Of a stretch of DNA of 64,000 nucleotides, positions 18,892 to 26,511 are shown piece after piece. How positions within the stretch are numbered: position 1 is the stretch's first letter; each line of letters opens with the position of its first letter. The stretch comes from a phage: sequence record PZ452611.1; one strand, given 5' to 3'. The notes beneath the pieces were generated by a model, which was not told the origin of the DNA, ran no database searches, and saw nothing but the letters and a program-made list of their open reading frames with translations. The position numbers and the translations under genes are program-made.

Positions 18892-19515
18892 ATGACCACC
18901 GTTAACATTACCACAGGTTACAATTTAGCTTTCGACGTGCTGACCGACGAACAAAAAGAAAAAGCCGTTGAAATGGTCCGAGAAAGAGAAGAACACAGCG
19001 GGGATAACTTTTTTGCAGAAAGTGTAATTGAAGACTATAAAGAATATGTCTTTCCAGAGTATGGCCTTGAAGATACCAAGGTACATTGGTCCGGCTTTTG
19101 GTGCCAGGGTGACGGCGCGTCAATCAGTGCGGAAAACGTGGATTTAGAAAAATTCTTGCGTAAAGTAAAGGCCCTGACCAAGTTCCGATCAATTCGTCAC
19201 TTGTTCGGCACAATGCACGATGGCGAGCTATCCGCAAGTGTTGAGCGTGATCCATATAGCCGCTATAGTCACGAAAACACTGTAAGCGGGTACATCGATA
19301 CTACATGGCTAGACCTGACCGCCAAACAAGAAAATAAAGTGGAAGATCTGGAAGAGCTGATCACCGAGACGGTACGGGAGCTATCCCGCAAGGTTTACGT
19401 AGACCTGGAGGAGGCCTATCTAGAACAGTTCACTACCGAAAACCTGATCGGCCTTATTGAGGCCAATGATTGGCGGTTTGATGTGGATGAATATGGAGAG
19501 ATGAGTTTTTCATAA
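18892..19515 (+). CDS. hypothetical protein
   Basis: promoter 18807-18834; 5'-UTR hairpin; RBS; 207 aa acidic. Confidence 0.5.
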   Translation: MTTVNITTGYNLAFDVLTDEQKEKAVEMVREREEHSGDNFFAESVIEDYKEYVFPEYGLEDTKVHWSGFWCQGDGASISAENVDLEKFLRKVKALTKFRSIRHLFGTMHDGELSASVERDPYSRYSHENTVSGYIDTTWLDLTAKQENKVEDLEELITETVRELSRKVYVDLEEAYLEQFTTENLIGLIEANDWRFDVDEYGEMSFS

Positions 19516-19523
19516 ATAAAGTG

Positions 19524-19552
19524 TTGCAATAATCTAAAAACCTGCTATATTA
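19524..19552 (+). promoter_or_regulatory. sigma70-like promoter
   Basis: TTGCAA-16-TATATT. Confidence 0.45.
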
Positions 19553-19604
19553 AAACTCAAGGGGCAAGACGTTTGCCCCCACACAAAACAAAGAGGAAAA
19601 CATC

Positions 19605-19985
19605 ATGAAAAACACTACCAAAGCTATTTACACCGTTATGTTTAACCTGGTTACCTTTCGCGAGGATATGAAAGATCTTCCGCGTGAAACAGTGTGCGAC
19701 CATATCGAAAACTATCGCAAACTAATCAAAGAGTTGCCTTTAAAACGTGATCAGTATGCGGCTAACGCCATGCTTAATGCCATGATCAAAAAGATGATCC
19801 AGTGTGATTTAATTCTAGCCTATGATTATGCGGGTGGTCGTTTTGCAGTATACAATCAGCCCGTGCCCGGTATGGGCACCATCGAAGAATTGCACGCGCT
19901 CAATCTAAAACAAGATGTGTGGGATAGTATGCCCCGCGTGGTGGTGTGGGCAGAAAGCGGGAAGATTTACGGCGATAGTTTTTAA
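19605..19985 (+). CDS. hypothetical protein
   Basis: promoter 19524-19552; hairpin; RBS AAAGAGGAAAACATC. Confidence 0.5.
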   Translation: MKNTTKAIYTVMFNLVTFREDMKDLPRETVCDHIENYRKLIKELPLKRDQYAANAMLNAMIKKMIQCDLILAYDYAGGRFAVYNQPVPGMGTIEELHALNLKQDVWDSMPRVVVWAESGKIYGDSF

Positions 19986-20049
19986 TCAGGTAACAGGCGG
20001 CATATTTGCCGCCTTATTGTTAAACAAAACTGCAAAAGAGGTACATAGA

Positions 20050-20421
20050 ATGGAATTTATTATTTTGGCTGTATTGGTTGCCTTGTTTAACGCCTGGATC
20101 GCTGGCAAGATGGGCAGATCCGCCTTTTTATGGTTTATTATATCTATTTTCCTGGGGGTGGTTGCAACTATTGTATTGGTTATCCTTGCAATTGTTGACA
20201 AGGGGAATAATAGAAAGGGTAAAGTATTTTCAGACCTGTACGACGCTCAAACGTTTGTCAACGCCTATTATAGTGATCTTCCAGTCTCCCTACGCTGCAG
20301 CTTGGCACAACAGGTTTTTGATGAGGCTAAAACCAGAGATCAAGCCCATGAGATATGTTTAACTGAGGCGGATCGCCTATTTGAGAGGAATAGAAAATAT
20401 GTGGGCCAACCGTTTAAATAA
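20050..20421 (+). CDS. hypothetical membrane protein (2 predicted TM helices)
   Basis: ATG after AAAAGAGG; hydrophobic segments. Confidence 0.45.
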   Translation: MEFIILAVLVALFNAWIAGKMGRSAFLWFIISIFLGVVATIVLVILAIVDKGNNRKGKVFSDLYDAQTFVNAYYSDLPVSLRCSLAQQVFDEAKTRDQAHEICLTEADRLFERNRKYVGQPFK

Positions 20422-20531
20422 TGCCACGTTAATTAATCCCTTTAGTGAAGATTTGAAGCCAGCCGCCTGGCGTGACGGATTCAATAACGAACGCTTTATT
20501 TTCAGGCCTGATCTTGAGGAATTTTATAACA

Positions 20532-20657
20532 ATGGATCGAACAACAGCGGAGATAATTTTTCTTGTGGTGTGTGTCGTGATAGGACTCCTGGGGGCCATT
20601 GTAGATCGCGTCACTACTACCAGAAGGAAAGGGGGAGACGATGACAACCAAGGATAA
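20532..20657 (+). CDS. small single-TM peptide
   Basis: 41-aa ORF; competing overlapping frame from 20399 exists. Confidence 0.25.
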   Translation: MDRTTAEIIFLVVCVVIGLLGAIVDRVTTTRRKGGDDDNQG

Positions 20658-20760
20658 GCCATGCACCGATAAGGTGCGCCGCGTTATGGTATGGCTTGAG
20701 ATTATCGCCCTTGAAATATTGCTAGGCGTAGGGATGTACTTTATCGCTGTAAGTAACTAA
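20641..20760 (+). CDS. small single-TM peptide
   Basis: 39-aa ORF after AAAGGGGGAGACG; followed by terminator. Confidence 0.3.
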   Translation: MTTKDKPCTDKVRRVMVWLEIIALEILLGVGMYFIAVSN

Positions 20761-20764
20761 GAAC

Positions 20765-20792
20765 GGCCCCCGATCATGGGGGCCTATCTTTT
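20765..20792. terminator. rho-independent terminator (possibly bidirectional)
   Basis: GGCCCCC-gatcat-GGGGGCC then TATCTTTT; A-run follows. Confidence 0.55.
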
Positions 20793-20816
20793 AAAAAAAA
20801 ATTTTCTTCCGGGGTG

Positions 20817-20845
20817 TTGCAATCCGGTCCGGAATGTGGATAATA
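20817..20845 (+). promoter_or_regulatory. sigma70-like promoter
   Basis: TTGCAA-17-ATAATA. Confidence 0.4.
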
Positions 20846-20900
20846 ACAATCAACGGGGAGCTAATCCCCACCACCACAAAAACCAGAAAGGAGAAACAAA

Positions 20901-21101
20901 ATGAGCAACAATATCCGCGTTATTAACTTCAAAAAAGAAGAAAAAATTGCCGTGCTGATTGACGGTCAAGAAATCTTCAAGGGCGACTATGAAGATCATC
21001 AAACGGCGATTAGTATCACTCGCGTGATTGGTTACCATAATTTCTACCCCCAAGGCGCTGAGGCAGCAGTTAAACGAATCAAAGAGATTGTAGGCCTGTA
21101 A
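20901..21101 (+). CDS. hypothetical protein
   Basis: promoter-like 20817-20845; hairpin; RBS AAAGGAG. Confidence 0.5.
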   Translation: MSNNIRVINFKKEEKIAVLIDGQEIFKGDYEDHQTAISITRVIGYHNFYPQGAEAAVKRIKEIVGL

Positions 21102-21150
21102 AATTTATTTTTAGATGGCCTTGACTTCAGGGCCATCAATAAAGTAAATT
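21100..21150. repeat. intergenic palindromic element, copy 3
   Basis: identical core to copy 2; after stop codon. Confidence 0.6.
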
Positions 21151-21192
21151 TAAACCCTGTTAAAATAATCAGTGCAAAAAGGAGTAATGATC

Positions 21193-21492
21193 ATGTTTAT
21201 ACCCGCCAATAATCTTTATTTCTTTGATGGTCAGATCGTAGACGGTGTGGAAGTGGAGATCACTGGGTGCCCTGGTGGTCAGGCTATGACTTTTCGGAAT
21301 AATGCCTTTGATGATTCTCGTATCGTTATGAGAATGGAAGTTACAAAGCTGGACGACAAGAAAACGCTCATTGACTATTCCGTGAAAGATCATCCAGACT
21401 ACCACATGATCTATGGTGATTTGTGTATTGTTGACCGTGACAAGGTGGGCGGCATTGTGATCGCTATTGTGAACGATGTTTTCTCTGAATAA
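21193..21492 (+). CDS. hypothetical protein
   Basis: ATG 8 nt after AAAAGGAG. Confidence 0.45.
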   Translation: MFIPANNLYFFDGQIVDGVEVEITGCPGGQAMTFRNNAFDDSRIVMRMEVTKLDDKKTLIDYSVKDHPDYHMIYGDLCIVDRDKVGGIVIAIVNDVFSE

Positions 21493-21631
21493 TTCCGGCA
21501 AATGATGCAAAATAAGGCCCCTAGCAGGGCCTGCAGCGATATAATCACATAAAGGCTATGCGGTTGCATGGCCTTTATTATTTTAGCGTTACAGCGTCCC
21601 CAAGGCGCTTAAAAAATTTTTAAAGAAGTAC

Positions 21632-21660
21632 TTGCATCAAGTCCTACAATATGGATAATA
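21632..21660 (+). promoter_or_regulatory. sigma70-like promoter
   Basis: TTGCAT-17-ATAATA. Confidence 0.4.
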
Positions 21661-21716
21661 GGACGTGTCAGGGGGGCGGCCCCCAATCATTAACCGGATA
21701 GATAGGAGTTAAAATC

Positions 21717-22001
21717 ATGGCTATTGTCACCGTTGGCGATGTAGTGGAAATGGAAGCAAAATACTTAAAAGCGGGTATGCATATCCTACGGAATGATCAA
21801 GAATTGTTATTAACGATGGTAGACTATAATCCCGGCCAGGATTATCCAAGCATCGACATACTTTTTGAGTATGTTGATGAAGAATTGAAAGAGGATGAGG
21901 CTTATCAGGGTGAATTCTGCAATTTCTTTTGCCCTGATGAGGTTGTAAAAGTTATCTATCAACCTGGCGTACCTTTCCCGCTGCACGCTATCAATAAATA
22001 A
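21717..22001 (+). CDS. hypothetical protein
   Basis: promoter 21632-21660; hairpin GGGGGCGGCCCCC; RBS ATAGGAG. Confidence 0.5.
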   Translation: MAIVTVGDVVEMEAKYLKAGMHILRNDQELLLTMVDYNPGQDYPSIDILFEYVDEELKEDEAYQGEFCNFFCPDEVVKVIYQPGVPFPLHAINK

Positions 22002-22055
22002 ACCTGGCGGGGCCGAAAAGGCCCCAATTATGAAAATAAAGAGAGGTAAATCATC

Positions 22056-22289
22056 ATGATGGAACAAATTAAACGCGCTGAGGCTATTAATGGCAATGTG
22101 ATCTATTTTGTCAGCAAAAACGAAAAAGGCGTACCATATGCGGCGGTAATAGTACAACCTGACGGCGATTATTGGTTTACTGTATACGGATCTTATTCTT
22201 TCGGGCGTCCGGTTCATGATAGAATTTTGAAAGTAGCGAATCCGACCGGGAAAAATATCACAGCAGAAAAATTTTTTGAAAATAGTTGA
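22056..22289 (+). CDS. hypothetical protein
   Basis: hairpin; RBS AAAGAGAGG. Confidence 0.45.
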   Translation: MMEQIKRAEAINGNVIYFVSKNEKGVPYAAVIVQPDGDYWFTVYGSYSFGRPVHDRILKVANPTGKNITAEKFFENS

Positions 22290-22314
22290 CATGACCATAT
22301 AAGACTGTAATATA
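22286..22314 (+). promoter_or_regulatory. sigma70-like promoter
   Basis: TTGACA-16-TAATAT. Confidence 0.5.
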
Positions 22315-22365
22315 TAAATCAAAGGGGGGCAACAAGCCCCACCAACCACAAAGAGGATAAAAATC

Positions 22366-22545
22366 ATGGCTATTATTGCAAAGACTGAGATCGTAGGCTT
22401 AGATTCTATTCTCCTCGCATATGAGGAAGCTATAGAAATGTATGTGGTTTCCTATGGTGAATATATCCGTGAATATAAATCTATTGATCTGGCTTTTGAA
22501 TGTTATATTCGCCAGGTTAATAAAGCGTACGATGATTATCGTTAA
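22366..22545 (+). CDS. hypothetical protein
   Basis: promoter 22286-22314; hairpin; RBS AAAGAGGA; 59 aa. Confidence 0.4.
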   Translation: MAIIAKTEIVGLDSILLAYEEAIEMYVVSYGEYIREYKSIDLAFECYIRQVNKAYDDYR

Positions 22546-22635
22546 AATAGCTTGACAACAAACAACCATCTAACAAAGCATAATACATAAGGCGGTGGAA
22601 TGGTCCGCCACCTGGAACAAGAAGAGGAAAACAAG

Positions 22636-22740
22636 ATGAAACAGAAATTAATTGATGCGGTGATCCTGGTTATTGCCCTGGGTATTGGCCTGATTGCAAC
22701 CATGTCTAATATGATCTTGTCTTCCAACGGTATCGGGTGA
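22636..22740 (+). CDS. small single-TM peptide
   Basis: 34-aa ORF after hairpin and AAGAAGAGGAAAACAAG. Confidence 0.3.
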   Translation: MKQKLIDAVILVIALGIGLIATMSNMILSSNGIG

Positions 22741-22749
22741 GGTTGGCAA

Positions 22750-22965
22750 ATGATCACTAACAAAACAGGCAAAACAGAATTTTTACGCAACTTACAGATC
22801 GGCAAGCCTGAGATCTGGTATTGCACTAAAACACCACGTGACGAAATGAAAGACTTCACCGCCACGCTGCAACGGGTAAAGATATCCATCACGCAGAAAA
22901 AGGCCTTATTAGTGGTGGAAGGTGAGATCCCCCAAACCGTTGTTATAGTTGAGCGTACAGCATAG
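22750..22965 (+). CDS. hypothetical protein
   Basis: ATG after GAGG; 71 aa. Confidence 0.4.
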   Translation: MITNKTGKTEFLRNLQIGKPEIWYCTKTPRDEMKDFTATLQRVKISITQKKALLVVEGEIPQTVVIVERTA

Positions 22966-23056
22966 TTTAATTTATACCGATACCCGAAAATTAACCAACA
23001 AAGCATAAACAGGCGGTTACCGCCGCCTTAAACGTAGCAGAAAGAGGATAGACACA

Positions 23057-23341
23057 ATGAAAAAGATGATCGCAGTGGTTGCCCTGGTTGTTGGACTTAA
23101 TGCGCCTGTAATGGCTAAAGAGCTGGCAAAAGAGGTTAATCTAACGGATATTCATGCCGTCAATCAAATCGGGGTTACTTATCGCTTATGCCTTGCCGCT
23201 AAAACTTTTAATGACGGTACAACAGAGTACTACGGATTCGAGGGTATCCGGTGCGGTGAGCTTGCTCGCGACCTTAAGGAAGATTCAGACCTGGAGGATC
23301 TGCCCATAACCGTGAACGGGAAAACTTACGTGAACCGTTAA
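23057..23341 (+). CDS. secreted/periplasmic small protein
   Basis: Sec-type signal peptide MKKMIAVVALVVGLNAPVMA; RBS AAAGAGGA. Confidence 0.5.
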   Translation: MKKMIAVVALVVGLNAPVMAKELAKEVNLTDIHAVNQIGVTYRLCLAAKTFNDGTTEYYGFEGIRCGELARDLKEDSDLEDLPITVNGKTYVNR

Positions 23342-23343
23342 CC

Positions 23344-23478
23344 ATGAAAAAGATAATCATCACCTTGGGGATTGTGGTGGCAATATTGGCGCTCTTCCCC
23401 CTTATGGTTAGGTATGTGCTGATCAGTGTTATTCTAGTGGTCAGCGATCTGGTGTTATATATTAACTCATTGTTTTAG
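23344..23478 (+). CDS. small membrane protein
   Basis: 44-aa hydrophobic ORF right after upstream stop. Confidence 0.3.
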   Translation: MKKIIITLGIVVAILALFPLMVRYVLISVILVVSDLVLYINSLF

Positions 23479-23486
23479 GTGCGATA

Positions 23487-23678
23487 ATGACCACTGATGA
23501 AGCTGTAAAAGTGTTGGCGGTATTGAGATATCATAATCAAACAAAGGTTATAAACGATCCTGATTATGTTGACTCAAAGCGTGAAGATGAGACATTGACC
23601 GCAATATGGATTATTCAAGAATTGCTAAAGCGCATGACAGAGAAAAACCGACCGGACTACATAGGCGAAAAAATATAA
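23487..23678 (+). CDS. hypothetical protein
   Basis: 63 aa; followed by terminator-like hairpin. Confidence 0.4.
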   Translation: MTTDEAVKVLAVLRYHNQTKVINDPDYVDSKREDETLTAIWIIQELLKRMTEKNRPDYIGEKI

Positions 23679-23738
23679 TATTTATAAACTACAAAACAGG
23701 GCTTGCAATGGTCCTGTTTTTTGTTATACTTATTCCAC

Positions 23739-23786
23739 GGCAGGCACCTGGCGACGGGGGGAGACAATCACCGGGGGGTGCCTGTC
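23739..23786. repeat. GC-rich element, inverted copy with internal 8-bp stem
   Basis: ggcaggcacctggcgacggggggagacaatcaccggggggtgcctgtc. Confidence 0.55.
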
Positions 23787-23807
23787 ATATAAGAACTATA
23801 AAAACCG

Positions 23808-23836
23808 TTGACATCTGCCAGGGGGTGGGGTAACAT
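23808..23836 (+). promoter_or_regulatory. sigma70-like promoter
   Basis: TTGACA-17-TAACAT. Confidence 0.45.
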
Positions 23837-23890
23837 TTATCTTGAAGGGGCAAAAGTGCCCACACAACAACCAGAAGAGAGGAAAACATT

Positions 23891-24163
23891 ATGTCAAGCT
23901 GGATTAATCAAGAAGTCGAATCACGTTTTAATGCTATTTGGGATCTCATCGAAAAAGAGGACGGAACATCAAGCCCTTACCTCAATAATCTTGAATTCCA
24001 TTTTGTGGAAGCGATGAACGCAGAACATGATCACGAAGGTGGTGCGGACGAGTTCGCTAAAAGGTATGGCTTCAACAATGCCAACGAAATGATCGAGGCG
24101 GTTGTACTCCAGGCTGAGGAAGATTATCAATTAAAAACGCTTGAATTCTGCCGCCGCAAGTAA
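23891..24163 (+). CDS. hypothetical protein
   Basis: promoter 23808-23836; hairpin; RBS GAGAGGAAAACATT. Confidence 0.5.
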   Translation: MSSWINQEVESRFNAIWDLIEKEDGTSSPYLNNLEFHFVEAMNAEHDHEGGADEFAKRYGFNNANEMIEAVVLQAEEDYQLKTLEFCRRK

Positions 24164-24223
24164 TAAGATAATGACACGGGCCAAAAGGCCCACTAATCAG
24201 AACCACACAAAGAGAGAAAGAAA

Positions 24224-24442
24224 ATGACAACCCGTAAAATTAAAGTTGTTTGCATTGAATCTACTGGGGGCGCTTTTGTAGTTGGTCAGGAATATAATGC
24301 GGTTTTAATGGGTACGGATTGGAAGGTTAAAGGCCTTAATGGTTACGAGTACGGCACTACTTGCGGCTTGCGTGGTCGAATCGGATACGTGAGTTTAGAC
24401 AATAAAGAAAAATTTGTTTTCGACACCCTTGTGAGTAAATAG
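24224..24442 (+). CDS. hypothetical protein
   Basis: hairpin GGGCCAAAAGGCCC; RBS. Confidence 0.45.
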   Translation: MTTRKIKVVCIESTGGAFVVGQEYNAVLMGTDWKVKGLNGYEYGTTCGLRGRIGYVSLDNKEKFVFDTLVSK

Positions 24443-24519
24443 CATGAATTGCTAAAGACTGATCTGCGAACTGCTGTATTATCAACTAATCAAAACGAAC
24501 CACATAAAGAGGAAACATC

Positions 24520-24783
24520 ATGAAACGTCTGGATCAGCTTAAATTAGTTCAGTACATGGCCTACAGAATTCTTGAAGTCCAAAAAGGTAGCAAAAAAGAG
24601 GTTTGCGAGAAAGCTTATAAGATCTTTACCCGCAAAAAAGATGACTGGATGCTACGCCAGACCAAAAAGGCTGACATCTTGGGGTACCTGGAAGAAGAGA
24701 TCCGACTTGAAGAGCAAGAAGAGATCCGCCGCAGTGAGGCAGATTATCAGGCAGCTTGGGAAAACTGGATGAGTAACAAATAA
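24520..24783 (+). CDS. hypothetical protein
   Basis: RBS AAAGAGGAAACATC. Confidence 0.45.
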   Translation: MKRLDQLKLVQYMAYRILEVQKGSKKEVCEKAYKIFTRKKDDWMLRQTKKADILGYLEEEIRLEEQEEIRRSEADYQAAWENWMSNK

Positions 24784-24851
24784 TACAACAAGTTGCACGA
24801 TCAGGGGGGCAATAAAGCCCCTTGATCACATAAAAATTATGCTATCCTTGG

Positions 24852-24880
24852 TTGACAAGGATCGGCAGTTTTGCTATATT
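24852..24880 (+). promoter_or_regulatory. sigma70-like promoter
   Basis: TTGACA-17-TATATT. Confidence 0.55.
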
Positions 24881-24929
24881 CTTTTTTGAAGGGAAGTTGT
24901 AAGAAAATTAACTAAGAGGTAAAAACACC

Positions 24930-25349
24930 ATGAACATTAAATCTAATAATCCGGCATATAGCTTTGATAACGCTTTTTGTCACGGTCCGGCGGCGAAAGG
25001 ATTCGAAATCGATGGTAAACTAATTATTGTCAATGTTGACGGGGAAGAGGTTGCAGTATATCCGGTGGCAGACGTTAAAAGCCGTTTGCAATGCCGCATG
25101 GATGTTACCGCCTACCAGCTTGATCCGGTCCGCATAGTTGCCCTGGTCCTGGAGGAAGAGATCAAAGCCATGCATCATAGCAATAAGTTTATCGGTGACG
25201 CGCAAGATAATATGAAGGTATGCCGCTATAAAGTTAATGAAGTGCTTAAAGAATACGGCTTCAAAGATCTGATGATCAAGCGTGATGAAAAATTCCGTTA
25301 TCGTAACGACCTGGCAAATCGAATCTATGAAATATACGAATCATTATAA
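24930..25349 (+). CDS. hypothetical protein
   Basis: promoter 24852-24880; RBS AAGAGG; last plus-strand gene, followed by terminator. Confidence 0.5.
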   Translation: MNIKSNNPAYSFDNAFCHGPAAKGFEIDGKLIIVNVDGEEVAVYPVADVKSRLQCRMDVTAYQLDPVRIVALVLEEEIKAMHHSNKFIGDAQDNMKVCRYKVNEVLKEYGFKDLMIKRDEKFRYRNDLANRIYEIYESL

Positions 25350-25367
25350 TTTCTTAACTAAACTATC

Positions 25368-25395
25368 AGGGGCTTTAAAAGGCCCCTTTCTTTTG
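25368..25395 (+). terminator. rho-independent terminator ending plus-strand arm
   Basis: AGGGGC-tttaaaag-GCCCCT then TTCTTTTG. Confidence 0.55.
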
Positions 25396-26347
25396 TCTGT
25401 ATTTCTCCTACCACAAACGGCCCAGCCTGGCAAGTGGAATAATTGACTAGCCAGCAATTACCAACACTGTACAAATATACATATAAAATAACTATTGCAT
25501 AATCTTTCATCTTGTGGTAGCAGGGCCATTTTTACACGTTTTCCTTCCAAAATTGCACGTAATGCAGCTATTGCATAAAATTTAACCTGATGCACATCTT
25601 CAATAGCTTGTCAACAACTAAAAATCTTTATAAGTCATACACTTACATAACCACAAAAGCGTGTTCTACGTGAAAAATCGAGTATAACTATAGCCGCCAG
25701 ATCTCAGAATTTACGTACGCTCACCATTCTATAGTCTGCTAAGTATTTATTCCAACCATAGAATAACAGAATAGTCAATACCTGCATAAAATAATTATTC
25801 GTGTAAACTGCATAACATAAATCAGCCGGGGTGTCAACATTTTTCGTAAACGGCTCGAAATTATCACTGTGAGCTATCATAAACAGAGAAATCTTTAGTC
25901 GTCTAATGTTTACTGTACGTTACTATACTAACTGGAATCATTAGATGACTAATAAAAAGATAAGAAATCATTAACAATGCAATTGTTTTATTCATAACAA
26001 TAAGGCAACTATGCAAACGAATGGCATGGCGCGACGGAGTCGCGACATAATATAAAAGCAGTAACCATCACCCCCGTGATAGTTTGTCTGCAAACTATTA
26101 ATCAGATCATAGTTGCCTTGTATTTAGTTAATCATGACATAAACTCAGGCATAGCCTTCGTCTCGAGGATGTTAACAAGCAAGGCAACTATAGATCTTCT
26201 AATAGTTGCCCTGCTTTTATATTATGTCATAGAAACACCCGAAGGGGTGACCAAAGGTCACCTGGCATAGCCAGTGAAATATTGTAAACAAGTTAATTAT
26301 TATCATGCAAACGAATGGCATGGCTTATCATCTCTGTGTAAATAGTT

Positions 26348-26511
26348 TGTTTGTAAACAGTTTATACGTGAACAGTTAGCTGTGTAAACTATCAGGCATG
26401 TAAGCTATTGAGCATGTAAACAGTAAAGGTCGTGAACAGTAAGCGAGCGAATAGTAATGGCGTGAACAATGACAGCGTAAACAGTCAGGCATGTCAATTA
26501 TGTTCAGTGTG
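26348..26511. repeat. tandem array of 11 units, 15-16 bp period, consensus n6-GTRAACAGT (iteron-like)
   Basis: 9-mers start at 26348, 26363, 26378, 26394, 26410, 26426, 26442, 26457, 26472, 26487, 26503. Confidence 0.7.

Noticed and set aside
20381-20644. 87-aa ORF overlapping the small TM-peptide ORFs
   Set aside because: Competes with two TM-peptide frames; translation lacks distinguishing features. Left unresolved and not annotated; could be the true gene instead of 20532-20657.
16729-21150. The 48-bp palindromic elements as plain rho-independent terminators
   Set aside because: The stem is not followed by a T-run on either strand (T-rich stretch lies upstream instead), so a canonical terminator assignment is not supported.
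22552-22586. TTGACA at 22552 as a promoter for the 22636 peptide
   Set aside because: No -10 hexamer at 16-18 bp spacing (nearest TAATAC is 23 bp away).
26348-26511. Possible CRISPR array
   Set aside because: Repeat unit is only ~9 bp with ~7-bp spacers (15-16 bp period), far shorter than CRISPR repeats; no cas genes or leader; treated as an iteron-like binding array.
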